Origin: Toensbergia leucococca
Taxonomy: Eukaryota
Assembly (NCBI GenBank): GCA_022813965.1
Contig: JALDZS010000053.1
Span: 1-64,000, forward strand
Direction: 5' to 3'
Length of the DNA: 64,000 nt
Below, piece after piece: positions 47,624 through 60,100 of the stretch (the first letter of the stretch is position 1; every line of letters starts with the position of its first letter). The position numbers and the translations under genes were made by a program. The notes beneath the pieces are model-generated. The model was not told the DNA's origin, did not search any database, and worked only from the letters and a program-made list of their open reading frames with translations.

Positions 47624-49134
47624 ATGGTAAGATACAGTCTGCTACTTTTGCACTCCATACCCATACTACTCTACCTGCATCGCTGCTCTACCTTTTGAGG
47701 CGCTTTCCTGAGCTCTACTAATCTGGAAACGTGGACAGAAAGTCAAGGCCTTAACCCGTTCGACGGCATCGCATCAAGCGCCAGGCTCGAGCGTTGCTCG
47801 AGAGCCTCGCAATCTTGATCCGGCGTTGCACAACTTCGAAAGGGCAAGAGAGTATACCAGGGCACTAAATGCCACCAAATTGGAACGAATGTTTGCGTCT
47901 CCATTCTTAGCCCAATTAGGAAAGGGTCATGTCGATGGAGTCTACACAATGGCAAAGGACCCCAGGTCTCTCGAGCGATTTGCGAGTGGATCTGGAGATG
48001 GAAATATAAAAGTGTGGAATTTGACGAGTCGAGAAGAGACATGGAACGCCCAAGCACATGAGGGGATAGTGAAAGGGATGTGCTGGACCAAGGACAAGAA
48101 ACTCCTTTCATGTGCTAGTGATAAGTCCATCAAGCTCTTCGATCCCTATAACACCCCATCCGGAACAGCGCCCATAGCCACCTACCTGGGACAGACCGCC
48201 TTCACCGGAATTTCCCATCACCGATCTCTTCCCAGCTTTGCAGCTTCATCTAGTATCATCTCCATCTATGACCTCTCGAGGCCATCTGCAACTCCTTCAC
48301 AAACCATGCATTGGCCTACATCCACGGATACAATAACTACCTTAGCTTTCAACCAGACAGAAACCTCCATCCTGGCCTCAGCCGCAACAGACCGCTCCAT
48401 AGTCCTATACGACCTACGAACTTCCTCACCTATACATAAAGCCACTCTGAGACTTGCCTCCAATGCTATATCTTGGAATCCAATGGAAGCTTTCAACTTC
48501 GCCGTCGCCAACGAAGACCATAATATATATCTTTACGACATGAGAAAGCTCGACCGAGCCCTTAACGTCCTAAAAGACCATGTTGCAGCCGTCATGGATA
48601 TTGACTTCAGCCCCACAGGAGAAGACCTCGTAAGCACCTCCTACGACCGCACGATCCGCCTCTGGAAGCGCTCCGAAGGCCACTCCAGAGACATTTACCA
48701 CACAAAGCGAATGCAAAGGTACATCCTCCCTGGACTGCCCCTCAAATCTCCCCCTTACTCACTCCTAAACCTCCAGAGTCTTCTCCGCAACCTTCACCCC
48801 AGACTCCAAATTCCTCCTCTCCGGCTCCGACGACGGCAACATCCGCCTCTGGCGCGCCCATGCCTCCAAACGCGAAGGCATCAAATCCGCTCGTCAGCGT
48901 CAAAAGCTCGAATACGACGAGACGCTCATGGAGCGCTATGGACACATGCCTGAGATTCGGCGCATCAGGCGGCACAGGCATGTGCCCAAGCCGGTCAAGA
49001 AGGCGGAGGAGATCAAGAGGGAGGAGCTGGGGGCTATTAAGAGGAGGTATGAGAATGAGAGAAAGCATAGTAAAAAGGGGCTTGTGAAGCGGCGGAGTGA
49101 GAGGGAGAAGATGGTATTGGGGACGGAGTCGTGA
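47624..49134 (+). CDS. SOF1: U3 snoRNP / SSU processome WD40 protein Sof1 (DCAF13)
   Basis: Exons 47624-47626 (ATG only), 47739-48718 and 48777-49134. Motifs MKVKALTRS..RNLDPALHNFERAREYTRALNATKLERMFA, WNPMEAFNF, SRDIYHTKRMQRVF and SGSDDGNIRLW. Confidence 0.95.
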
Positions 49135-49379
49135 TGGGTTTGGTGCGAACGGGCGCTGGGATTTCTGTTCACACGCCTCGTCCTGGGTCGTAGTCACATA
49201 GAGAGACACGATTCCTGTTCGTTTCGGAAGTCCTCACCATCAGAGATATCTTCCCCCCCACCTCCGAATACTTGAAACACAACACACACCCCCCTAGCCC
49301 TCGCCCTCCCAAAAGAAAAAAAGAAAAGCATAAGTACCTACCCCTCCTCCCCTAACTATTTCCCCCCTCACTAACCACC

Positions 49380-49763
49380 CTACCCATCCAGTCTTCTTCT
49401 CTCTCCCCCGTCTACCAAACAACACATCCTACCCGCAAAAGCACCAGTCTCGCTCTGCAGAAAGCACCAATGGTAAAGTGTCGTCAGCGTAAGGAGATGG
49501 GAGGTGGAAGAGGGGAATGTTGGCAAGGGGAGGGGGATGGGGTAGGGGCAGAGGGAGTATTCGGAATGGAAATGCCAGGTTTTCTTGTTGGTGGGCAGGG
49601 TAGAGGAAAGAGCTTTCTGTTGCGTTGGGCTGGGCCGGATATGTGTCCAGTAGAGCGCTTGCCTCGGTGGGTTTTGTGGGATGTAGGAAAGGAGACGCCT
49701 CTTGCATAAGAGGGAGGGTTCGATGTTGAAAGATTGGGAAATTGGTGAACTACCTGAGGACAT
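49380..49763 (-). CDS. Possible orphan small protein (127 aa)
   Basis: ATG-initiated ORF with the C-rich 5' and G-rich 3' pattern seen in real genes here. No family recognised, and the ATG is only ~150 bp past the stop of the upstream same-strand gene. Confidence 0.35.
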   Translation of the reverse strand: MSSGSSPISQSFNIEPSLLCKRRLLSYIPQNPPRQALYWTHIRPSPTQQKALSSTLPTNKKTWHFHSEYSLCPYPIPLPLPTFPSSTSHLLTLTTLYHWCFLQSETGAFAGRMCCLVDGGERRRLDG

Positions 49764-49911
49764 CTTATGATATGTAAGACACGCCTAGGTATCTCTCAAA
49801 CACTCTACTTTGAAACCCCACCGAATACACTCAATGGCGCTCGCATCTGGAACGAATCCTTACAAAAAGGTCGAATCCACAACCGACCATCTGAAACATC
49901 CCCACCTCCCT

Positions 49912-51512
49912 TCAGCTTCCCCGTCCCCCCTGCTTCGAAACCATCAACCCAACACTCTCCCCCACAACCTCCGTTCCCCACACGCCCCCCCGTCCCCCCC
50001 ATCTCCACTCCTCCCCCAACCCCTCCTCCCCCCTCCCCGCCTCTCCCAAAATAACCTCCAAATCCCTCCTCTGGCTCCCAATCCACTTCTTCACGAACAG
50101 CGCCGGATCCTTGCTCATGGCGGTCAAAAACGCGTGTTTGGCTTTCGAGTGGGCGAGGGCTTGGATGAGGAGGGCGAGGGCGTCGTCTTGGGTGTTTAGG
50201 GTTCGGGGTGGGGGAGGTATGGTGGGGGGGCTCAGGGTTGGGAGGCGGATTGTGTAGGTTGTTGGGGGGAGGGGGGTGGGGTCTACGTGGATTGTGTAGG
50301 GGAGGGAGAGAGGGGGCAGGGGGGAGATGTGGTTGAGGATTAGGTCGGGGATGTGCGGGAAGAAGATTGTTTCGGTTTTGAAGAGCTGATTTAGTTTAGT
50401 ATTAGTGAGGGAGAAGGAGAAAGGTGGGGGAAGGAAAGAAAGGCTTACGGCTCGGAGGCGATCGTCGCATTGGATGATGCGCTTTTCTTCGTCTTGCTGC
50501 AGCCCCATGGCTTTGATGTACTCCCACAGCCCGAGTACGATGGACGCTCGGTCGTCTTCCTCCGTGTCGAGCACCTCTGCGAGATCCTTGCTCAGGAGGA
50601 AGCGTTCGGGGGATTCATCTCGGTAAAGGTTGATGGTGCAGTTAATATTTTCGTCGCTTTTGCGCTCGAATTCCAGGCAGTCGAAGTCGGCGGCTGCGGG
50701 CAAGTTGGGGCTGTTTGAGGGTACTGGGGGCTTTTTCCATTCGATCTGTGTGGCGGAGTCGGGTTGGAGGTTTTTGCCGCGGTCAAAGTCTATGGTTATT
50801 GCTTTGAAGAAGTGGGAGAATTTTTTGCGGGGTTGGGGGGATGATTTTGGGCCTTTCGGAGGGACTGGGCTGTCATGGTCCATAGCGTCTTTTTCTTCTT
50901 CGGCGGCTGGAGGTAGGTTTCCATCTTCGTCTTCATCGTCACTGTCTATGTCCAGGGTGGAGTCTGAGTTGCCGTCTTCCACCAGTCTTCCCTCTATCTT
51001 GACCTTGTAGGTTGCCTCGATGCCGGTATTAAAGTCGAAAGCGTTCTCATCCAGGCTTCTGCCTTGCCATGGCTGATTTTCCGCTGTGTTGGAAATCCAG
51101 ATACGTAAGGTTTTATGTCGTTTGAAGCCACTCTGGCTCGAATCCTGGGTGTCCAGCTTTTTCCTCATCATGAGGGCATCCAGCCTCCTCTCAATATCGC
51201 GCAAGCTCTTGTACTGCTGCACGCCATCCCCAACAATGATATCCTCGACACCTTCGGGCATGTTCTTGTCGGTGGGTTTGCGGGCGCGTCGCTTGGCGAT
51301 ATCGCTCTCCATGGCGGCGGCGTGACGTTGAGCATTGAGCTGAGCTTGCGAGGGTGTTGGCTGGGCATGAGATACCATGGGCCCTGAGACGGAACGGGTG
51401 TCAGCAGGTGTGGCGTTTGTCGGCGAGCAAGCTTACCTGGGCCCCTTCTTGACGAGGAGGTGTGGGGGGATCTCTGGGTTGCCTGTTGGTAGTTGCGATA
51501 CTGATTCTGCAT
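49912..51512 (-). CDS. SWI/SNF-RSC subunit with SWIB/MDM2 domain (Snf12/Ssr3/BAF60 family)
   Basis: Introns 51436-51384 and 50448-50386. Motifs RKPTDKNMP, ERRLDALMMRKKLD, KFSHFFKAITIDFD, LWEYIKAMGLQQDEEKRIIQCDDRLR and WIGSQRRDLEVILG. Confidence 0.92.
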
Positions 51513-52327
51513 TGGTGCAATCATCTTGCCAGTCTTCTAATTCCTACACTCCTTCAGGATGTGGATGGGTTGGATGACACAGATGATTACGGCGTCTTTT
51601 GTTTATCATTATAGAGTATGTCGGCTTTTGCGATCAGCCCTACGGCAGTCCCACCAGAACATTTTCTTGGCACTCCTTGACTGGCTGACTGGACTATTGA
51701 ATACCATAAATCTTGCTGGCGTCCTCCCTTTTAACCTCCCTCTTCTTTTCGCGTCTTCAACCTACTGAATACTCAATTCATCAACTCTAATTCGGCCGGA
51801 TACGGGTACTATTTTATTATTTGCGAGCAAAGTGCCGAGAAACACGATTGGGGCCATTGATCTACAGGTCACCGTGGCGGCTTGTAAAGGATGACAGAAT
51901 AGCGGGGATACGGACAAGATTGGAAGAAAGGACATATCATGGAATATGAGTGGGTGAGGAACGGCTCAAACGGAGCTCAATAAGGGTTTCATTTCATCAA
52001 AGTTTGTTTTTTTGTTCTTTTAATTCATTTCTCAATCAATCCCCTTTATGCACCTAATCACTCAAGCTCATCAGTGAAATTGAGCCATCAAAAATATAAT
52101 GAGAATTCCATCTCATCAACCTCAGTTCTTCGGTTGAATGTTCCTCACTCTCGCCGTTTTTAGCTCTGCTCAACTCCATGCCTCGATTATCATCACAAGT
52201 CATCTTCATAAGACGTCTTTGCAAAATTCTGTGAGCTCAAAGGCTGTCTAAGACAGCATTGACAATGGAATGAGAACTGTCAAAGATGATAACAAGGGTG
52301 AACGTGATTAAAAGGAAAGAATATGTT

Positions 52328-53710
52328 TCAACCAAGCAGCACTATTAAATGTAGCCATCCGCGCCAGCAAGCGCGATTGTTAAGGCTTACTTTACTTTTC
52401 CGTGCCTATTTTCTCTTGCGTATATCAACGGGTGGCAGTCTAAGTTCGAGAAAGTCTGAACTTTGCAGACGACTCATACAAAGCTTTCATGAGCGCAAAA
52501 TCCTTCTGGGGCGAAATCATTAGAAAAATTACGACAAGGCAAGTTCTTGGACCTGGGTTGAATGGCAAATAACCCCATCCAATGTCAACCAGCTTCGATC
52601 CCTCTCATCTCTCTGGTCGGAATTCGGCTGCATCTTCGTCGTATAGATCCTCACGGCGTTGCATGTGGTACACACTAGTATCTATGCCAATATCACACCG
52701 AACCAGGACTGAAAGTTTCTCGCCTGCACCTGTGGGAAAAGAGTGTGGTTTCTCGCGGAGGTGCGGATGTTGGTCGGTGCTGAAGGGTAGAGTCTAAGAG
52801 TTGGTTGCACAGAAAGCGAAGGGCTTCTAATTATTAGCATGATCAAAAGAACAAGTGTGATGACCCTTGCTTTTGACCAGAAATCGCTCGAGGTAAGGCG
52901 TCTTCCGAAAATGGGCTCTCATCAAGTTTTCTTCGTCTCCCAGAGCAGATCTTACTTCTTCGGACACATTCCAGAATGGGTACAATGGAAGACACATCAG
53001 AATCACATACAAAGTCCAGGACATAAGGTAAGCTGTGGAATATCTTCCAGCCTCGGTGTGTCGCGAGGGAGTGTAAGTCAAATAGAGGTCCGCGAGCCGT
53101 GCACGCATCGAGCTGATCAGCGAATGCTCTTCAAAGCCGCTGGCAAACCACTCATCTTGTTCCTCTTCTTCTTCCTCTTCTTCTTTGAAATTTGAAGCAC
53201 CCCACCAACTGGCAAAAATTCAAGGCTGCAGTAGCATCACGAGTGAAACGAAAAAAAAAAAAAAGATCTCATACCACCTCCGCAACCAGACAAAAGAAAC
53301 ACAGACCACAAGAGCATCAAACACTCTCACCGAACCTTTCCAGATTCCAACACCACATTCAGATGCCTTAGCGTCATCAAAACCCTCAAGAGTGGTTCCA
53401 AAGAGCCTCATGTTGTTGAGCAAGGATACCCTTCCCCACGAAAATTCACGAAAGCGGCCACGACGATAGCCGAAAATAAAAGTCTTGGAGAAGATAGACG
53501 GAAGATGAGGTTCCCCTTCATACATGCCTGAAGAGGTTCTGAATATACCATACCTTGAATGTTCGTGGTGAGGGGGGGGACTTCTATTGCGGTCAATTGT
53601 CACAAAGCCAATGCCACCGAGCACTTTTCGCTCCCAGTTTCATCGAGGATTGCGAACAAAACAGCATACGCTGATCTACATTGGCGTCCTAGGTCTATTA
53701 GCCAAAGTTA
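52328..53710 (-). pseudogene. Cytochrome P450 pseudogene (CYP52-clan-like); not evident from the ORF track
   Basis: Minus-strand fragments in P450 order: DANVDQRML, KVLGGIGFVTID, AGRYSTAYLMSWTL (I-helix), KTPYLERFL, LRLYPSAPTNIR (K-helix), VYHMQRREDLYDEDAAEFRPER* (PERW with a stop at 52605-52607), IGWGYLPFNPGPRTCL (heme Cys 52539-52541), KDFALM and ALTIALAGADG. Several frameshifts and stops are present. Confidence 0.85.
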
Positions 53711-54102
53711 CTCGTTTTCCTTAATGAGTGCCCAGGTACCTCCATCAATCCAACTCTAAACTCATTACTTTCACCTGTTTGTTGAGTAGGTATCGCAACC
53801 ATCACAAGTATAACAACCAATACCATCATTTCATTCCTAGGGGATACAAAATATTTTCATATTCTTCTCATCTACCCTACCTACAGCCCGCTCAGCAACA
53901 ACCAACACACGACTTCCCCCCCTCCCCTACCAAAAAACAAAAAGAACAAGGAACAAACGTAGTCACAAATAAAAGAAACCACCCGTTAAGATGATACCGA
54001 GTAAAAACCTACTGGTTCCTCCAAAAACGCCCCATCAAGAAAAACCCCCCCAAAACACCACCGCTACCAGAAAAATCTTCCCTTCTCACCAATGTCACCG
54101 CC

Positions 54103-57100
54103 TCACCTCTTAAAATAATCGCTCCCTCCCTCCGCCTCCAACGCCGCCGTCGGCATATCCGTCCCAATCCCACTGTCACTCGGTACGCCAAAAACGACCA
54201 TTTCGCACGCATTGCTAATCTGGCCCTTAGCCGCCAACGCGCTCCCCGTCTCGCCTTCCACTCCAGCGGTGGACGCGTCCTCGGAGTGACCCTCATCGCC
54301 CTCGTCGCCATTTTCGATGATCGAGTCGTCTCTTCGGCCGACGGTGCCGACGGTCGATGTGGCATAGCTGGTCCTCCTTTCGCTGTCGCCACCCACGCTG
54401 CTCCGCCCCTCGTAGCTTCCCAAAGTACCTGTAAGCGTTCCTGAGTAGCTGGTTCTCCTCTCGGTGCCGGTATAGCTAGTCCTCCTTTCCGTTCCGGTCT
54501 CGCTCCCCTCCCCTTCCTCGTCTTCCTCATCGAGCACGCTATTCTCCTTGTCTTCATCCTCCTCGGCTCCTTCATCTGCATACATTCCCAGCGCCTTCGT
54601 TCCACCCCAGCTAGCCTTTCGTACTGGAAAATTCGATTTGACACTGTGGCTCCGTTTCAAGGCGCTCATACCGAAGCCACTTCCTTTCCCGGCACCGCCA
54701 ACGAAAGAGGGGTCGGCAAGCACCATTGATCTCTCCACTCCAGCTCCCTTGTTCCCGCCAATGGTGCTCAAACTCAAGATCCGCCGATCGCTCTGGTTAG
54801 ACCCAGAGCTGGTACCCAATCGCCTGGGTGGAGGTCGTCTCTTCAACGCCATACCCACACCACTACTGACTGCGCTTGTAGGAACAGGCGCAGTTAGTTC
54901 AGCGGTACTCGTTCTAGTCGCGGTCGTGGTGTTACTGGCTGAAGAGACAACCCTCTTCAGATTCATCTCCCTTAGACTTGACTGCGGCCTGGAAGTCATA
55001 AGTAGTGACCGTGAATGGTCAAGCACGCCGTCCAGAATGCGACGTTCAAGGCCTTCTGCCCGAGCTTCCATGACATGAAGTTCTTCGCGGCGGATCTGCA
55101 GGGCGGTCTCCAAAGAAGACAAATCGGCCTGCATCTTCGATTTTTGAGCAGCCAACTCTTCTTTATCCTTCAGAAGCTCTTGCACCTCTTTATTGAGATC
55201 AATCTTATGCTCCGATAGCCTCATGATCTCTGATTCAACGTTCTCTTTTTGTGCAGTTCTCTTTTCGAGAGCAATGGCGACTTCCTCAGTCTCTCTGCTC
55301 CGAGTCTCATGACTCTCAGTGATCCTGGCTTGCTGACTGGCTACGAAAAGATTGAGCTCATTCGCGGTGGCGGCAACTTGCTCCCGAATTTGCTCAAGCA
55401 TTTCGAACTGAGCTGCAGATACCCCCACCTCTGCAGAATGCTCGACCAATTTATCAAGCTTTGCATGGACTTCAGTATCATCGTACTTCTCGGGTGATGG
55501 TCCGTCTCTTATCAATGGCGGCAAAGTAATGGGCTCTGCAATAGCTGGCAAGGGCATAGCAGTAGGGATCGCGTTGACGCTCATCTTGATCTCTTCTGTT
55601 GACGCTTTCGCTTGCTCGTAGTGTTGTCCTACTATGCCCAGTATATCGTTGACAGCGTCCAGGATCTTGGGATGGTACTCAGATATATGTGCTTGTACAC
55701 CCTCTACACCCGTAAGCGCTTTCGAAATTTCTCCTCTCGTAAGTTGATGTTCATTTTTCCAGTCTGCTGGTAGCGAAGCAGTGATCCCGTTCATTTTCGC
55801 ACCCAAGTCCTCAATACGGTTGAAGACTGTTTTGGAATCCTCTCCCATTCGATCGCAGGAGTCTGTAATGGTCGAGCCGAGAGTATCGATGATGATTCTC
55901 AGTTCTTCAGCAACGGCTCTGGTGCCATTGAGAGCCTCAGTCTGCTGAGTGTCCTTGTAGCCCATAGCTCGCTCTTTCTCTTCTGCGGCCAGCTGTGCAT
56001 CATCGTACTTTGTCATTATTTCATCAAAGCGGCTGTCAATTTTAGATACCAGTTCTGCAACAATAGCGGCTTTCTGCTCATCGTGCTTTTGGAAAAGGAT
56101 GGCATGCTTTTGTTCGCTCTCAAGCTGTGCTTCCTCTGAGATACCATGGGTACGCTCAAATTCTCGATTCACCGTGTCCACGAGTTCCTTGACCGCACTT
56201 GTGGTATCGCCTGCCAATATGGTGTCATTGATAGTCTCCAGGGTCTGGGCTAGGCCTTCGATGCTATGCTCGCCTTCCTTCAGCTTGGTCTTGAGCTCTT
56301 TTCTAATTTCATCCAAGAACCCTTTCACCTCCTCGATCTTGTCAGCTAAGCCGCCGTGCTCAATTTTCCGAGATTCGAATGCTTGAGCAGTCAGGTCAGC
56401 TTCTGTTTCCATTTTCTGCCGAAAATCTTCAATAAGACCACCGAGTCCTTCAAACTCAATCTTTGTAGGCAAGGTATCCACATCGGGCAAGATAAGCTCT
56501 TCGATTTGGGTTTTCGTATCCATGCAAAGAGTCCCCAGAGTTTCAATGTCAGCCTTGCTAACTCTGCTCTCAGCATCATCAATCTCTACTTTCTCACGCA
56601 TCTCCTCTAACCCGCTTTTCACGTCCTTGAGAAGAGCTTCCAAGACTCCAATATCCTCTTTCGAAGCGGCGTCGCTTTCTAATCTCATTGCAAAATCATC
56701 AACTGCATCGCGGGTAGCCTTGACGGTAGATTCGACAGATTCAAGGTGCTCTGTTCTAGCCATAGAATCCAAATCTGGGAATATCATCTCGTCAAGCCTG
56801 GCCTTGGTATTACGTAGAAGTGTCTCAATTGCCTCGGTGTCATCTTTGGTTGCGGCGTTCTCACTCTGAGTATGTTCGCGTCCAGCAAACCCGGCAACAG
56901 ACTCTTGCACACCTCTCAACATTGCTGCAATGCCTTCCAGATCTTCTCCTGTAATTGAACCTTCTGCTGGCTGCCTCATAGGTTGAGGAGCGGGCGCGGT
57001 AGCTGGCACACTATCAAGTGACTCGACCTTGATTCTGAGCTGGGTAATCATAATCTCGAGCCTTTCAATATCGTTCCTCTGCAATCCTTCACCTTCAGCG

Positions 57101-60100
57101 ATCACTACTTCACCTCCTCTTCTGCTACCCACCTCTACTTGCTCATTCTGAGCGTTGCGAAGCCGGTCGATGTCAGATCTGACAGCAACGAGCCCCTCCT
57201 TGAGAGTATCCAGAATCTCGTAGTTGACGGTCATGTCGAGTGGTTTGTTTACCATTTTTTCAACATCACTTCGCAGGCCATCAAGTCCGTCATTCAAAGC
57301 ATCTAGAAGTTCTCCAGTACTGGAAATAACGCTTTCAGGTCTATCGTGCCCTCTACTAACATCAGCACGAAGACCCTCCAGACCTTCTCGAAGGGTCTCT
57401 AGTATTTCCTCTTTATCTGTAGAAGCACCGCCTCGAATGAGCGTGGTCGCTAGACTCTCCCGAAGATGCTCCAATTCTTCCTTCATCATTAGTAAGGCCG
57501 CCTCACTGCCTTCGGAGTCACTATTTCGTGATACTTTGCCTTTCATTTCTTCGAGCCCATCCCTGATAGCGTCTAGGATATCTTCTTTGTCAGAGCTAGG
57601 CGCTTCACTCCGGACTATGGAAGTGGCGATGGTTTGTCGAAGATGCTCGAATTCCTTCTCCATGGCATCGAGTAATTCTCCATTATCGGTCTGCGTTATA
57701 TTACGCGGCGCATTAGCAATGCTGCCTTCAAGATCCAGTCGTAGATGATCCAGTCCATTCCTGATTGTTTCTATGATTTCGTCCTTTCCGGTGACGTCTG
57801 CAGCACGATCGACGTAAGTCTCAATGTCTGCTCGTAGCACTTCTAGACCATCTTTCATGGCATCAAGAACCTGTTCGGTGTCACCGCCGTTAGCTGCAGA
57901 GTATTGTTTGAATTCTAGTTTCATTCCGTCAATGAGGTCCTGCATTTTATCGAGCACTTGTTCTCCAACACCTCCCATGGGAGTAGGGGCGCCCTCGAGA
58001 CCGGCTTTAACGGCATCGAAAAGATCATCTCGATTAAACTCAATCTCTCTGGAGGGAGCTGCTTGTGCAGAGAGACCTTCTTTGACAGCTTCAAGCACAT
58101 CTTCTCTGGTCATCTCGAGTTCTCGCGTAGTCCCGACGTTTGATGCAGGAAATTCGAAGCTTTCTAAACATTCTCTTACAGTCTCTAAGATCTCGTCCTT
58201 GGTAATGGTGGCCTCGGTCTCAATTGGAGCTGGAGGCTTGAAGTGCTCCAAACCTTCACGCACAGCGTCCAAGACCTCTTCATAGCTGATTCTCTCAAGC
58301 GTTTGAGATTCGTTCTTCCGCTCATAAGCCTCCAATCCCTCCTTCAGGCACTGCAAGATCTCGTCGCGCTCTAGTCCGAAGTTCTGGAGCTCGATCTCAG
58401 GTTTGTAAGTTTCCCAAGCCTCTCGAACGGCTTCGAGGATATCTTCTCTCTCTATGCCAGAACCAGGATGCTGCACAGCAACTTGTTGCTGTAGAGGTAA
58501 TTCACTCAATGCATTCTTGACTGCGTTGTAGACTTCCTGACCGTCAACAGTACTTCGAGAAATGGCAGAAGAAGATGATTGGCGGCGTCTATCTCGCATC
58601 ACTTGATCCATGTGCTCCTTCAATTCAGCTAGGCCATCCTCCACTATCTTAGCGATCTCCTCACGACCAGGTCCGTGGGCATCTCGTCTGCCATTACTCT
58701 GACCATGTGTAGACTCTGCTTGCTCTAACTTCCTTCCGATTTCGCGACCCATGCCGAGGACCTCACCACGAAGTTCTCGAACCAGAGCTTTGATTTCTGC
58801 TGTCAGGCCACCGCCTTCTGTGATACTATCTTTCATTCTCTTCAACAATTTTAGCATATCGTCAGTGACAAAATTTGCCGCCCTTGGATTAGAAAGTGAT
58901 TGTTGAGAATCGGAATTGGCATTATTTTGGGGAGATGCGTTGGACGTTATGTCTTTGTTAGTCCTAGATAATGGCATAGACCGTGGGCTTGGAAAGTCCA
59001 GGTCTAATTTCGGCGGCTTATCCCCAATGCCGTTACCATTATCTTTCCGAGCGACAAGTGCACGACTTTCCGAGCCATCCTTCAGGAAACATAAGATCTC
59101 CTCCAATTTCTTTGTCACGATAGGATCGGAATGCTTGGTTATTGGTCTATCCTTGAGTTCAGAAAGCGAAGACACTAATCGTTCCTGGCCTTCTTTTGTA
59201 CCCATCTCCCGCAAAACTTTCTCCAACAGAGCTATGCTAGCTGTTCCGTCCATTGAATAAGGAACACCGGGAAAATCACGATCAAGCGACGTCGCGAAAC
59301 TGTTTGGACTAGGTATCCTTGGGAGAGAAAAACTCTTGGGCAATCCGGGTGGAGATACATGAGGCTTACTGTCGAGGAGGAAACCACCAATTCTTCTATT
59401 ATCACGACCGACTGATTGTGAGTGAGCATCTACTTCAGATTCAGGCAGATGTAAAGACAGATTCGAGACAAGATCTCGCAAGCTCTTGCGAATATCCTCG
59501 TCTCGGGCAATGGTAGCCTCCTTTAAGCTGACTAAATCCGTTGCATTATCCTTACTTCGCCTACTTAGCTGAGCCATCTCACGTTGAAGGTTGGTTGCAA
59601 TACTCGTTAGACTCAGGATCTGCGTGGAAATAGCATCAAAAGTATGAGGAGTCCGCACGACTGCGGTAGAGCTATTAGTGATATTGGAGAGTGAGGTGTC
59701 GTTATCCTTAGGCAGTGGCATATTCTGCAGAGCTAGCATGGTTGCTGACGTCGGACTATTCTCTCCAAGGATAGCTTTAGGCGGGGGCCTACAAGTTGGT
59801 CGCAGGCTCGGCGTATCCCTCGCAAAATCTTTAATGCTTGAAGTTGGTGTCCCTGAGCGTGTGGGGCTTCTATCGGGAGATCTGTTTTCGCTATCCAACG
59901 TAGACGAGCGTGACAATCTTTCAGGTGATTTCTCTACAGGTCTTGTCCCATCATTGTAGCTCGGTAAGTCCCGTACACTACAAGCATTATTCTGGAGTGA
60001 CTGTAGGCGTTTATGGTACTGGCCTTTGATCAATGATCTCTCTGGAGATCTGTTGGGGGGGGGATTTGTGACGTATGCGCTTTCCCGCGCTTTGGCCGTC

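Noticed and set aside
52827..53108. 93-aa ORF that could be called a standalone gene
   Set aside because: It is the I/J-helix fragment of the P450 pseudogene.
54009..59959. Numerous 60-210-aa alternative-frame and antisense ORFs over the giant gene (similar ones overlie other genes)
   Set aside because: They are shadow ORFs of a long real CDS with no independent coding signal.
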